In this document: positions 43,368 to 58,300 of the stretch, in pieces
Layout: each line of letters starts with the position of its first letter
Position numbering within the stretch: the stretch's first letter is position 1
Source: Epithemia pelagica
Lineage: Eukaryota; Protista; Bacillariophyta
Direction of reading: 5' to 3'
NCBI GenBank assembly: GCA_946965045.2
Contig: OX337234.1
Span: 682,001 to 746,000, forward strand
DNA: 64,000 bases
Notes under the pieces: generated by a model
Databases searched by the model: none
Told to the model about the DNA's origin: nothing
Seen by the model: the letters and a program-made list of their open reading frames with translations, nothing else
Position numbers and translations under genes: made by a program

Positions 43368-46300
43368 ATGGACGCACCCTCGAGCGATACCATCATGGAC
43401 CCAAACCAGGAGGAGACGACCACGACCACGGCGACACATTCTCCCGAAGCAATGGGGCCTTCCGTTGAAGAGCAGCAGCCTCCACTGGAAACAGAAGAAC
43501 CAACCACCCACAACACCCTGGAACACGAGGGTCCGTCGACCGACGCACCTCCACCGACGAGCACACCTCTGGAGGGAATGGCTACAGCGACGACCACAGT
43601 CGAACCGACGACTGCGACGGACCATCCGGACGACGACGACAACGACGGACCTTCACCGATGAGCGACAAAACACCCGTCCACGAAAACGACGACGACAAA
43701 CACAACGACGACAACAACAACGACGAAACCACCCAGGAGGTTCCCCGGATCGAACCAGACGACACGACACCACCTGTGTCCGAGGAGGCTTCAAAGACCA
43801 ATGCAGTGTCGTCAGCACAACCATTGGTGGAGGAAGACCACAACGAAACTCATTCATCCTCTTTGGTCGTCCCAGCCACGACGACCGACCAACAAAACAC
43901 GGAGGAGCACGACGACCATCCTCCGAGTACCGAGTCTCCTACCGACTGGGCCGAGACTGTATCGGTGCCGTTGGTAATGTCCGAAACTGTCGACCAGTCT
44001 CCTCTGCCAACCGCCGACGCACCACCCGAAACGGACGACGACGACGACGACGAATTGATTGTCGGCGCCCCTGCTGCGGCTTCTTCTTCCACTCCATTGT
44101 TGGATGCGGCGGCGGACGACGACGCACTGCCAGCTTCCGCAACCATGGACTTGACCGACGCGAATGCTGGTCCGCCCCTTGAGGAACCACCCGTTGCTCC
44201 TACTAGTACAGGAGGAGTGGGGGAATCCCCTGTGCCACCCACCGAACCATCACCCCAACCCGTAGAGGACGACGCAGCTTCCACAACACTCGTGGAATCG
44301 ACGCTGCAAGAGACTGTGCCGTCCACCGAACCAGTGCCGCAAACCGTCCAAGACACTGCAATACCAGCAGCAGCTTCCACGACACTCGTGTCATTGACGC
44401 CACAAACCGAACAGAATGATGCACTTCCAGCTTTGACCACGACCATGGGAGAGTCGACCGAAGCGAATGCACCGCACACCGAACCGTCGTCGCAAACCGA
44501 CCAGGATGATGCCACGCCAGCTTTGACGACGACAATCGGAGAGTCGATCGAAGCGACTGTGCTGCAAACCAAAGAATTGCGACAACCCGTAGAGGACGAT
44601 GGACTGCCAGCTTCCACAACGACTGGGGAATCGACTGAAGCAAATCTGCCGCCGACCGAACCATTGTCACAAACCGTAGTGAATGACACAATGCCAGATT
44701 CCACAACGACTACTGGGGAATCGACGGAATCAAAGCCACCCACGACGCAGGACGACAGAATACCGGCCTCCACCACGGTCGAATCGACCCCGGTCCAGCC
44801 ACAAATCGAGAAATCTCCTTCCGCCACCGAGGAGGAGGAGGAGGACAACGACACTATGCCTGCGTTATCGACGACGACGACGACGGCACTGGAATCGACC
44901 GAGGCCAATCCACAAATCGAACAATCGCCACAACTATTAGAGGAGAACAACGTCATACCTGCTTCAACGGCTACACTCGAATCGACGGAAACGAATCCGC
45001 AACAAACGGCGGAGGACGACCCAAAGCCTGCTTTGACGACGAGACTGGAATCGACCGAGGCAATTCCGCATAGCGAACAGTCTCCACAAACGACAGAGGA
45101 CGACACAATAACAGCGTTATCGACAACAGGAGAATCGACCGATACGAATATGCAGCAGACCGAGGAACCTCCGTCCACGACGACAGCGGCACTGGAATCG
45201 ACCGAGGCGAATGCGCTAAGCGAACAATCTCCACTGGCACAGGAAAACGACACAATGCCAGCTTTATCGACAACAGGAGAAATGACCGAAGCGAATCCGC
45301 AGCACACCGAGGAACCTCCGTCCACGACAACAGCGGCACTGGAATCGACCGATGCGAATGCGCTAAGCGAACAGTCTCCACTGGCACAGGAGGACGACGC
45401 AATACCAGCTTTATCGTCAACAGAAGAATTGACCGAAGCGAATCCGCAGCACACCGAGGAACCTCCTCCAACCGAAGAGGAGGAGGACGCAGAACCAGCT
45501 TTATCAACGGCGGCGGCACTGGAATCGACCGAGGCGAATGCGCCACGCGAACAATCTCCACTAGCACAGGAAGACGATGCAATACCAGCTTCAATGACAA
45601 CATTGGAGTCGACCGACTTGGACTTGCATGACGAGAAATCTGTACCAACGACGCAAGAGGAGACAACACCTGCCTCGAGCACAATCGAGATGAATGACTC
45701 GGATGCGCACCATGATAAATCTGTGGAACCTGATGAACGGGAAGCATCTGTCGAAACAGGAGCTTTGACTCAAACCCCCAAAGAGGACGATACAACAACA
45801 CCTCCTTCATCGACGACAGTGGAATCTAGCGATTGGAACGGGCCAGTGGCAGAGTCTCCTCCGACGGAACCACTGGAGGCGAGGGTCGAAACAGAGCCTG
45901 TGACAGTCACAGACGAAACAAGGCCTCCGTCGACACCAATGGAATCTGCCGATTCTTCGAATGAGCAAACGAGGCATTCTCCACCACAGAATGACGAAAC
46001 AGCTACACCTCTCTCGACAACAATGGCGCCAACCAACTCGGATGGACAAAGTGGGGCACCGACATCGTTGCAGGAGGAAAATTCACCTTCTTCGACGACC
46101 ATGGAATCTCCCGACTTGGATGCGCCAATACAAGCATCCTTTCTAACGAAGGGTGAATCAACGCCTCCAGAATCCCTGGGTGTTACAGAGCAAGAATCAC
46201 AACGAGCGGAGGACGACGCAACACCTGCTACAATGACACTAGAATCGACCAATGTGAAAGCTCAAAACGAGGAATTACAAAGAACCGAGGACGATGCACC

Positions 46301-49300
46301 GCCTCCGTCGACGACAATAGAATTTTCTGACACAACAACAGAAAGCAAGGAATTGCACAGAATAGGGGACGACGATGCAACTCCTCTCCCGTCCACGACA
46401 ATGGAATCTTCTCACTTGGACACCGAGAACGCGCAACCTCCACCCATTGTGGACGATATAACACCACTAATGACAGCAATAGAATCTACCGACTTGGATG
46501 TGCAAAAGGAGGGATCAAAACGGATAGAGGATCATTCAACACCTCCACCGGGTGCAATGGAATCGTCCAACTTGGATACACAACAGGATGAATCGCAACC
46601 AACAGAGAATGAAACAACACTCCCATTGACAGCAATAGAATCTACCGACTTGGATGTGCAGCAGGAGGAATCCAAACGGATGGAGGATCATTCAACACCT
46701 CCACCGGCTGAAATAAAATCGTCCAACTTGGATACACAACAGGATGAATCGCAACCAACAGAGAACGAAACAACACTCCCATTGACAGCAATAGAATCTA
46801 CCGACTTGGATGTGCAGCAGGAGGAATCCAAACGGATAGAGGATCATTCAACACCTCCACCGGGTGCAACAGAATCGTCCAACTTGGATACACAACAGGA
46901 TGAATCGCAACCAACAGAGAATGAAACAACACTCCCATTGACAGCAATAGAATCTACCGACTTGGATGTGCAGCAGGAGGAATCCAAACGGATGGAGGAT
47001 CATTCAACACCTCCACCGGCTGAAATAAAATCGTCCAACTTGGATACACAACAGGATGAATCGCAACCAACAGAGAACGAAACAACACTCCCATTGACAG
47101 CAATAGAATCTACCGACTTGGATGTGCAGCAGGAGGAATCCAAACGGATGGAGGATCATTCAACACCTCCACCGGGTGCAACAGAATCGTCCAACTTGGA
47201 TACACAACAGGATGAATCGCAACCAACAGAGGACGAAACAACGCCCCCATCGACAGCAATAGAATCTACCGACTTGGATGTGCAGCAGGAGAAATCTAAA
47301 CGGATAGAGGATAATTCAACACCTCCACCGGGTGCAATGGAATCGTCCAACTTGGATACACAACAGGATGAATCGCAACCAACAGAGGACGAAACAACGC
47401 CCCCATCGACAGCAATAGAATCTACCGACTTGGATGTGCAGCAGGAGAAATCTAAACGGATAGAGGATCATTCAACACCTCCACCGGGTGCAATGGAATC
47501 GTCCAACTTGGATACACAACAGGATGAATCGCAACCAACAGAGGACGAAACAACACCCCCATCGACAGCAATAGAACCTCCTGGCTTGGATGTGCAAAAG
47601 GAGAAATCCCCGATTGACGAAAATGATGCGCCACCCATCGCAACCGCATTAAACGAACTAGGATCATCCTCACACCCAACATCAATGGACGAAGCCCAGT
47701 CAAAATCTACCAAAGTAGAAACATTTGACGACGTTTATGGGTTGCCAAAGGATTCTGCCATTGGAGCACCGCTTGTTGAACCACCAGAATCCATGATAGC
47801 TGATCCGACCGTCGACACCGATGGTTCCCCGTCACAAAAGTCCAGCAGCGACTCTGTAGAGCAACTGCCGATCACCGATGAGACATCAGCAGCAATACAA
47901 CCTTCACCGGAGCCACTCACCGATGGCCAATCAAATATGAATGGCTCAACCAATGGACAACATGATGAGGTCAAATCACAGTTGTTGTCTGACGACGGTG
48001 ATACGAAGCACATCCACGAGGCTGTGATGGCAACCTCATCAGTACATACATTAGCAGTTTGTGTGGTCGACACGGCCTTGGAGGATGGAGGGGCCGAAAC
48101 GATACAGACTCAAAACGTCGCAGATGAGAACCAAGTGGATGATTCAGACTTGCCAGTTCACGAGACGGGTCAACCTCTATCATCACAGCAACGGGATTTA
48201 GTAGGAACGAATGAATCGTCACTCAACGTTAACACCCAGAAGGAACCTGCCCTCCTGATGGAACTTTCTAACAATGCTTGCTCGAACGGCAATCCAGCGC
48301 TTAACGTTTCGGAAGACGATGAGACTGCAGCCTCTGCTCAAACAGAACTTGAGGAGAAAACGCAACAGACTCCTCCCCAGTGGGAAGAGACGAGAACGGT
48401 CAATGACGAGTGTTTGCCTGGAAAGAATTCGATAGGTGCCGCTCGTGATGACGAAGATAGACCGCCGGGACAGTCAGAAAAGAATGAGATCTCAAGAACA
48501 ACCGAAGTGAAGCACTCAATTGAGCATTCGCAGAAAGTGGATGCTACGATTTCTTGTAATGGCGATAGTGACCAACAAGCAAAACCACCGTTGGCACCTT
48601 TTAGCGAACCCATTGAAAAAGTTGGTCTTAATGAAACGGAGGAGAAAGAGACAGTGGATAATCACGAGAAGGAGCAACATCTGGGAGAAATCGAGGGCGA
48701 GAAACCTGTTGATGCGCTAGATACGGTAGTGGAACCGACTGAAGAGAGTGGACCAGGACATCACCTTATGGTCCCTTTACCTGAAGTAGATGAGCAGTCA
48801 ACATTACAGCAACAGACCTTGCCAGAAACCTCTCTACAATTAAACGGCAACCAAGAAACTGACATAGGAGGCCGACAAGATATGGATGCTGATGTGACGA
48901 ACCAAGAACTTGGTTTAAATGAGAGGTCGTCAAAGTTACCAAATAATGAAACCGGTTTCACCGAGAAGACTACCGAAGCGACCGAAGAAGTTTCTCCACA
49001 CTCTTCATCCTCCACATTGATCCCAATTTCGCCTCTACCTTCTTCCAATTCGTCTGCCCATCCTAGTGAGGCGCCACTTGAGCAATCGGAGGGGCAGAAA
49101 AGGTCAAAGTCAATCTCCGTGACTCCCATTACTTCTCCTAAGGAGTTTGTACGTAATGAACTGGAATCATCCAAGAAGGTTGATGGATTAACTACCATGT
49201 CCCCCCAATCTACCATCGGTATTTCTCCTCTCCCCTCGTTTGGCCTTTCGCCTCCTCCTACTCTATCTACCGACATCGATCAGGAAGATGAGGAACTGGA

Positions 49301-52300
49301 CGATGACGAGGTTTATGAAGGGTATTTTCAGTACCTTACCGAACGCATTTTGGTGGCCTCACAACCTCCATTGCCACCACCTTCTCCAACACTTCCGATG
49401 CAGCTCCCTTTGGTACAAACGACCACCCCTGTCGCATCCAACGTACGTAGTAAAGAAACCCGGGCCAAACGGAAGGGTGGCATACGATTCTCGTCTCGAC
49501 CCGACTCCTCAGAGAACGATGATGAAGAAGATGATGATGATGACGAGTTTGATTATGATGATGACGAAAATGACATTGATGGAAGTGATTCTGTTGGTAG
49601 TTCGTCGTCCCGAAACCCGGTATCTCTTAATGTCGAAGATACTACCATCCCCACCAACAACTTGAAGGGTTTGTCAAGTTTCATTCCTTCAGGCCGTACA
49701 GCAAATTCTGTTCTTGTCAATTTACCTACTACACCGTATTGGACTCGGGTTTCGAGATTCTTTGACGATCGACAGTTTCTGTGGTTGGCCCTTGATCCAT
49801 TCGTTGAAGAAGGCTCAAACGGGAATGTCATTGATGATGACGACGGAGAAGTGGAGGATATGTCGCACCTGCATTCGCATACGGTGCAGTCAATCTACGC
49901 CGCACTTCATGGCCAAGTTGTAGAACTTCCTTGGGAATCGGCAGGTTGTGGTGGTCTTGTTTCTACCACGCCATCGCTTGGAACGTTGCTCCGTATCTGC
50001 TACACCGTGCATGGTTGGCTGGAACGTACTGGGGAAAAGTCAGTCATTGTACTAGCTTGTCGTAACGGGCAAACTAAAACGGCGCTTGCGGCTGCGGCGT
50101 GCCTTCGATTCCTCGGCAAAGTTCCTTCAGTACAAGCTGGGTTTTCCCAGTTTGTTGCGTGTACTAGACAGAATTCTTTGCACCACGAGGACGAAGTTGC
50201 TCGTGATAAGGTTGCTCCACAAGCTCTCTGGGATGCTCTCCCGCCTTCGATCATTAATGTTCTGCAACACGTGGACGACGTTTTGGAACGGAAACGACGT
50301 GGTAGAGAAATATTTCCTCAGCCGTTGCCGTTGCGACTGAAGGCTATATCATTGCAAGGCGTACCGGTGGACGAAAAACCATGCATTGAAGTATGGAATA
50401 CATCGGGAAATCTGCTTTTTGCCAGTCATCCTCACTTGTATAGCGACACCCACTTCAATTTGCCTAGGTCCACTTCGGAATGGGCTGACGACGAAGGACT
50501 CTACCTGATTCGAGATGACATTAATGACGACGACCATCTCTCCAACCGACAGAGCAAGAGAATGGATGATAGCCATCATCGAGAAGACAACCAAGTGGAG
50601 AGAGATGTGTTATTGCAAGGAGATTTCTGTCTTTTAGGGCGTTTCGGAGGTGCCAATCATGAATACGACGTCCATGATTCGTCGAAGTGGCTTTTTCGGT
50701 ACGTGCAGTCCACTGCGTTCTTGTCTTCGAGCTCAGGTTCTATTGAATTGAACTGCGAGGACGTTGATTTAATGCGTCGCTATGAACAAATGTTTCTTGA
50801 ACGGGGTGACTTCGGATTGACTTTGGTCGTAGAGCCATACTGGAACAGTGGTGTTGTATCGCCCTCTGCTCGTTCTAAGCCCATTCATCGAAGACGCCCG
50901 TCGTCACCCCCTTGTACACCTAGCGCTCTTCCACAGTTGTATGATGGGCCAGACTCATTGGAAGAAGGGTGGCGTTGTATTGCTCAGTATCACATTTGTC
51001 AACCAACAACCACGGATGTTGAAATATGCCGTCAAAAGTACCGGTCTGAATTGCTTCAACTTCAGCGACCGTGTCCGCCTCATATAGTTCGACTTGCCTT
51101 ACAAATGGCGTATGGGAGACACAAACCACGTCAACAAGAAACAGAGCACTTCGCTCAATCTTTGTTGACCCGTGGGTGCTTAAGAAATTTTTGGAAGCCG
51201 CACAAGCAATACCATAAGGCAACCACGAGAAGGCCGAGTATCGTTACATCCTCTCGGCCAAACAATCATCAACCGTCATGGTTGTGGCCAAGTACTCCAC
51301 AAACGGAGAAACCAGAAGATGCCGCCGGTCACGAAGAAGCGGTCAATGAACATTTGCCAGCGAAAAATCTCTCAGCGTCGTTTGAACCTGGTGATGCTGA
51401 TGGTGTTGCTGAAAGGACAAAATCGTCAATGACCAAATCCAAGGAGTCTGATCAACAGAGTGGCTCCGAAAATTCTGTAGCCCGAACGCAAACATCCAAC
51501 GAGGCACCACCCAAGACCGCCACTGAGCGCAAAGGAGGAGAGGTCCAAGACGGAGCACTATCTGGCTCTTTCCTGGACGAAATCGGACATAATGCACCGA
51601 CTACCTCCGATTCGTCGACCCCTGGGAGTGGATTGCTGGCATCCATTGCCGCAAAACGAACATCTGAAGATGTCAATGAGGTATCAAACGACAAAACATC
51701 TGAAGTTGCTCGACAAGCCCCGGTGCACGTTGTCAACGAAACTGGAGACTATGGGCGAACTGGAGTTTTGGCTGCAATTACGGCAAGAGGAACGGCGGAG
51801 GAAGGGACAAACGACGGTGATGGTGGACGTGCGGGGCTTATGGCTGCAATTGCTGCGAAAGGATCGTTGAAACAAACTGATGGAGAACAATCTAGCCTTG
51901 AGGGCGCCACGACGGCCAAACCAAATACTGCCAAACGCGAGAATGATAATTCCAGCGGTGGACGTGCTGGGCTCTTAGCTGCAATTGCCGCTAAAAATGG
52001 CGACGTCAAAGAAGGGGGAGGGAGCGAGGGCGTTGGGCGTGCTGACCTCATGGCCGCAATCTCTGGAATAACCCCGTCGGAACAGAACGATGAAAGTGGG
52101 CGATCTGGTCTAATGGCGGCAATTTCGGCGAAGGGAAAACAGATTAAAGATGATAATGGTACCTCTGATGGTGGACGCGCGGGGCTCATGGCGGCCATTG
52201 CATCGAAAGGAAGCACAGTTGAAAAGAATGACGACGGCAAACAAAGGAGTGACGATGGTCGTGCAGGACTACTGGCGGCCATTTCTAAAAAGGACGACGT

Positions 52301-55300
52301 TGTGACATCGAAGACTGAAGGAAAAGAGTCACAAACTGAACGGCCATCGCCACAGGACTCTGATGCGAGAAAAGGTGACATGGGAGGGAATGCATCGGAG
52401 CTTCTTAACCAACTGAACGAGCTTGGTATCACTCTTGATGATCTGACTCGTCTTGAACAGGTTTCTCAGCTGATAGAGGAGAAGAAGGGCTCGAAGTCGA
52501 AGTCCAGTGACGATGCAAACTCTCCATCCCCTCCGATGAAAAATGACTCTCGATTTGGCAAATATTGGAAAATGAAGAATGTTGGCATTCCAGAAGGTGC
52601 AATCCGAAATGCGCTAAAGAAGGATGGGTGGGATGAGACAATCTGGGATAATCTTGATTGGAACAAGAACTATGATCAACAGCAAAAGCCAAGCACGCAG
52701 TCACCCGAGGAAGAAAAGAAGGAAGACCCTAACGATAGCGGAGGATGTGACAAACCAACCATGAAGAACGATAGTCGGTTTGGAAAGTATTACAAAATGA
52801 AGTCTGTTGGTCTTCCTGAAGGCGCCATTCGCAATGCCATGACTCGAGACGGTGTAGACCCATCTGTACTTGATCTTGATTGGGAGAAGAACTATGAAGA
52901 CCAGATATCCAAGCCTGCAGGTGATTCCAAGGATGGTCCTTCCATGAAAGATGACGAACGATTCTCAAAGTATTGGAAAATGAAATCTGTAGGTTTGCCG
53001 GATGGTGCCATAATGAACGCAATGACTAGGGACGGTGTTGACCCGAAGGCTCTGGAATTAGACTGGGACAAGAATTACGAGACACAAACACAAGCCACTA
53101 GTGGGGGTGGCTCTGAGAAAACTGGTCCGCCAATGAAAGAAGACGAACGATTTGCAAAATACTGGAAGATGAAATCTGTGGGCTTGCCCGACGGTGCCAT
53201 TATGAATGCGATGACTCGTGATGGAGTTGATCCCAAAGCACTTGATATATGGGATAAAAACTATGAAGACCAAACAAAACCCGCTGGTGGTGATAATGCT
53301 TCGCCCCCCTCAGGACCTCCGATGAAGGAGGATGAAAGATTTGCAAAATATTGGAAGATGAAATCAGTAGGATTACCGGATGGTGCAATCATGAACGCCA
53401 TGGCCCGTGATGGAGTTGACGCAAAAGCGTTAGACCTCGACTGGGATAAAAATTATGAGGACCAAACAAAACCTGCTGGCAATGATGGTACTTCAGCTCC
53501 CTCAGGACCGCCGATGAAAGAAGATGAGCGATTTGCAAAGTATTGGAAGATGAAATCGGTAGGATTGCCAGATGGTGCAATCATGAACGCAATGTCAAGA
53601 GATGGAGTTGACCCGAAAGCTCTTGATCTGGACTGGGACAAAAATTATGAAGCGCAAACACAGCCTTCCGGAACCAGTACAGTGGATACAGTGGACAGCG
53701 GACCACCGTTGAAAGATGATCCGGAGTACTCCAAATATTTCAAAATGCTCTCTGTTGGTCTGCCCCCTCCAGCAGTACAGAATGCAATGTCTCGCGACGG
53801 GAAAGACCCTAAAATCCTTGATCTTGATCCCAACAAGAGTGTGGCCTCACAGTTGAAAACAGATACTGCCAAGCGAGCCCCAGCCAAGAAAAAGAAGAAA
53901 GTAAGACGCAAGAAAATCTACTGGACACCTATTGATCCTGGTCAAATTAAAGAGGATTCCTTATGGTCTATTGTCAAGGGGAAGTTATCGATGACTCAAC
54001 TCAATTACGATGTGAAAGAGTTTGAAGATTTGTTCACAGAATCGACTGATCCTGCCGACAAAAAACAGAAGAAGCCCAAAAAATCGGGTGGTGAAAAGAA
54101 AGAGAAAAAATCGGTTCAAGTCATTGATGGAAAGCGTTCGATGAATGGAGGAATTATTCTCCTTAGGCTGCGGATGGCGTACAATACAATTGCTAGCATG
54201 ATTGACAAGATGTACGAACCAGGAATGTTCTTTGAGGATTTGGTTTATCAGATTTGTCTCACACGTTAGTTGTCCGCATGTTTTGATTGCAACAGGGAAA
54301 TCGGAAGCTTTGACTCTACACAGCTCAAGGCTCTCAAAGAATATTTACCAACTTCAGAAGAACGGAGAGGGTTGGAGATGTACATGAGCAAGGCCGGGGA
54401 CTCAGAGGAAAAGCGACAGTTCTTTTACGCAGACTTGAGTGACTGCGAAAAATACATGTACACTATTATGACCGTTGACAAAGCCGATAAGAAGTTTGAT
54501 TGTATGATATTCCGCTCTCAATTCCAGAGCCGATACGATGAGTTGCTTGAGGCCATCAAGTTAATTGAACAAGCATGCGATGAGGTCAGAACATCTGACA
54601 AGCTTCGAAAAATCATTGGTCTCATTTTGGTACTAGTGAATGAAATCAATACCGGCGGTGAATCGAAAGGGGCTGCAGAGGGGTTCAGTCTGGAGGCCCT
54701 TCTTAAATTGAATGAGGTGAGTCGGTTGGTGTTCATGTTGTGATATGGTAACTCTGGTTTTCTAATCACGGACGTCGATTCTAGGCAAAAGCGTTTGACA
54801 AAAAGACCAGTGTTCTCCAGTATTTGGTTAAATTGGTAATGAAGAACGATGAAGAGCTCCTCAAATTCGGAAAAGACCTAGCGCATGCGAAAAAAGCCGA
54901 CAACACAATTCTTGACAGTTTGGTATCCGATATGAAAAGTCTTAACCAGGATCTCGAGTCTGTAACTGGGATAGCTCGAGAGGATGCCGAAAGTGCAGAG
55001 CAAGAAGGTCGTCGAACGTTCTCCCTGGAAGACCTTAAAGGACAGAAAACGAGTGTGCATGTATCAACAGCGGGGGTACCACAATTCAACCAAATCACAC
55101 ACCATACTGGCCGAACACCAATGGAACGTTTTACGCTCAGTGCTGCAGCCTCGATCAAGAGCGCAATAGAATTGGCTGACAAGATACAGAAGAAGTTTAT
55201 TGACTTGCTTCGATATTTCGGGGAAGACGAGAAAATGGCAAGTGACGACTTCTTCCGGACAATGAATAGATTTGTTGCAGAGTTCGAAAACGCCAAAGTC

Positions 55301-58300
55301 CATGTTGAAAAGGCGGAAAAAGCCCGACTCAAAGCCGAGAAGAAGGAAGCCGAGAGGAAAAAGAAAGAAGAAAAGGCCAAAGCGAAGGCCGCCAAAGAGA
55401 AACCTGCTGAATCAGAGAGAACAAGTAAAACAGAATCAGAAAGCTTGATCAAAGCGCAAACCATATCGCAAAGTGAGAGCATAGAAACGGACGGTTCGGA
55501 AACCAAAAATGCCAAATCTGCACTCATGGCAGCGATTTCATCGACACCCAAGATGCAATCAGAGGCTACAAACAACGGAAGAGCTGGATTACTGGCAGCT
55601 ATAGCATCTCAAGGGCAACCAAAAGATGCAGAACCCTCTGATGGGGGAAAGACCAGATTGATGGCTGCGATTGCTGTGAAAGGGTCCCGAAACGACAATG
55701 ACTCTCCTGACAATGGCGGACGAGCTGGATTGATGGCCGCCATTGCTTCCAAAGCGCCAGAGGCTAAGGGTTCCTCCAGTGGGGCCAAAGGTAGAGCTGG
55801 ATTGATGGCCGCCATTGCTGCGAAAGGGTCCCAAAACGACAATGACTCTACTGGGAATGGCGGACGAGCTGGATTGATGGCCGCCATTGCTGCCAAAGCG
55901 CCAAAGGCTGAGGGTTCCTCCAGTGGGGACAATGGTCGAGCTGGATTGATGGCCGCTATTGCCGGCAAAACGCCGAAGAATGACAGTGTATCAGATGCTG
56001 ACAATGGTCGAGCAGGATTGATGGCTGCAATTGCCGCCAAAGCGCCAAAGGATGAGAGTGCGGACAACGGAAGGGCTGGGTTGATGGCCGCCATTGCCGC
56101 CAAGGCGCCGAAGAATGACGGTGTGTCAAATGCTGACAATGGTCGAGCAGGATTGATGGCTGCAATTGCCGCCAAAGCGCCAAAGGATGAGAGTGCGGAC
56201 AACGGAAGGGCTGGATTGATGGCCGCCATTGCCGCCCAGGCGCCGAAGAATGACATTGTATCAGATGCTGACAATGGTCGAGCAGGATTGATGGCTGCAA
56301 TTGCCGCCAAAGCGCCAAGGGATAAGAGTACGGACAACGGAAGGGCTGGGTTGATGGCCGCCATTGCCGCCAAGGCGCCGAAGAATGACGGTGTGTCAGA
56401 TGCTGACAATGGTCGAGCAGGATTGATGGCTGCAATTGCCGCCAAAGCGCCAAAGGATGAGAGTGCGGACAACGGAAGGGCTGGATTGATGGCCGCCATT
56501 GCCGCCAAGGCGCCGAAGAATGACAGTGTATCAGATGCTGACAATGGTCGAGCAGGATTAATGGCTGCAATTGCCGCCAAAGCACCAAGGGATGAGAGTG
56601 CGGACAACGGAAGGGCTGGGTTGATGGCCGCCATTGCCGGCAAAACGCCGAAGAATGACAGTGTATCAGATGCTGACAATGGTCGAGCAGGATTGATGGC
56701 TGCAATTGCCGCCAAAGCGCCAAAGGATGAGAGTGCGGACAACGGAAGGGCTGGGTTGATGGCCGCCATTGCCGCCCAGGCGCCGAAGAATGACACTGTA
56801 TCAGATGCTGACAATGGTCGAGCAGGATTGATGGCTGCAATTGCCGCTAAAGCGCCTAAGCATGAGAGTGCGGACAACGGAAGGGCTGAGTTGATGGCCG
56901 CCATTGCCGCCAAGGCGCCGAAGAATGACAATGTGTCAGATGCTGACAATGGTCGAGCAGGATTAATGGCTGCAATTGCCGCCAAAGCGCCAAGGGATGA
57001 GAGTGCGGACAACGGAAGGGCTGGGTTGATGGCCGCTATTGCCGGCAAAACGCCGAAGAATGACAGTGTTTCAGATGCTGACAATGGTCGAGCAGGATTG
57101 ATGGCTGCAATTGCCGCCAAAGCGCCAAAGGATGAGAGTGCGGACAACGGAAGGGCTGGGTTGATGGCCGCTATTGCCGGCAAAACGCCGAAGAATGACA
57201 GTGTATCAGATGCTGACAATGGTCGAGCAGGATTGATTGCTGCAATTGCCGCCAAAGCGCCAAGGGATGAGAGTGCGGACAACGGAAGGGCTGGGTTGAT
57301 GGCCGCCATTGCCGCCAAGGCGCCGAAGAATGACAATGTGTCAGATGCTGACAATGGTCGAGCAGGATTGATGGCTGCAATTGCCGCCAAAGCGCCAAAG
57401 GATGAGAGTGCGGACAACGGAAGGGCTGGATTGATGGCCGTCATTGCCACCCAGGCGCCGAAGAATGACAGTGTATCAGATGCTGACAATGGTCGAGCAG
57501 GATTGATGGCTGCAATTGCCGCTAAAGCGCCAAAGGATGAGAGTGCGGACAACGGAAGGGCTGGGTTGATGGCCGCCATTGCCGCCCAGGCGCCGAAGAA
57601 TGACACTGTATCAGATGCTGACAATGGTCGAGCAGGATTGATGGCTGCAATTGCCGCCAAAGCGCCAAAGCAGGAGAGTGCGGACAACGGAAGGGCTGAG
57701 TTGATGGCCGCCATTGCCGCCAAGGCGCCGAAGAATGACAATGTGTCAGATGCTGACAATGGTCGAGCAGGATTAATGGCTGCAATTGCCGCCAAAGCGC
57801 CAAGGGATGAGAGTGCGGACAACGGAAGGGCTGGGTTGATGGCCGCTATTGCCGGCAAAACGCCGAAGAATGACAGTGTTTCAGATGCTGACAATGGTCG
57901 AGCAGGATTGATGGCTGCAATTGCCGCCAAAGCGCCAAAGGATGAGAGTGCGGACAACGGAAGGGCTGGGTTGATGGCCGCTATTGCCGGCAAAACGCCG
58001 AAGAATGACAGTGTATCAGATGCTGACAATGGTCGAGCAGGATTGATTGCTGCAATTGCCGCCAAAGCGCCAAGGGATGAGAGTGCGGACAACGGAAGGG
58101 CTGGGTTGATGGCCGCCATTGCCGCCAAGGCGCCGAAGAATGACGGTGTGTCAGATGCTGACAATGGTCGAGCAGGATTGATGGCTGCAATTGCCGCCAA
58201 AGCGCCAAAGGATGAGAGTGCGGACAACGGAAGGGCTGGATTGATGGCCGTCATTGCCACCCAGGCGCCGAAGAATGACAGTGTATCAGATGCTGATAAT

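Noticed and set aside
43850-45682. 610-aa minus-strand ORF
   Set aside because: Antisense shadow of low-complexity formin coding sequence.
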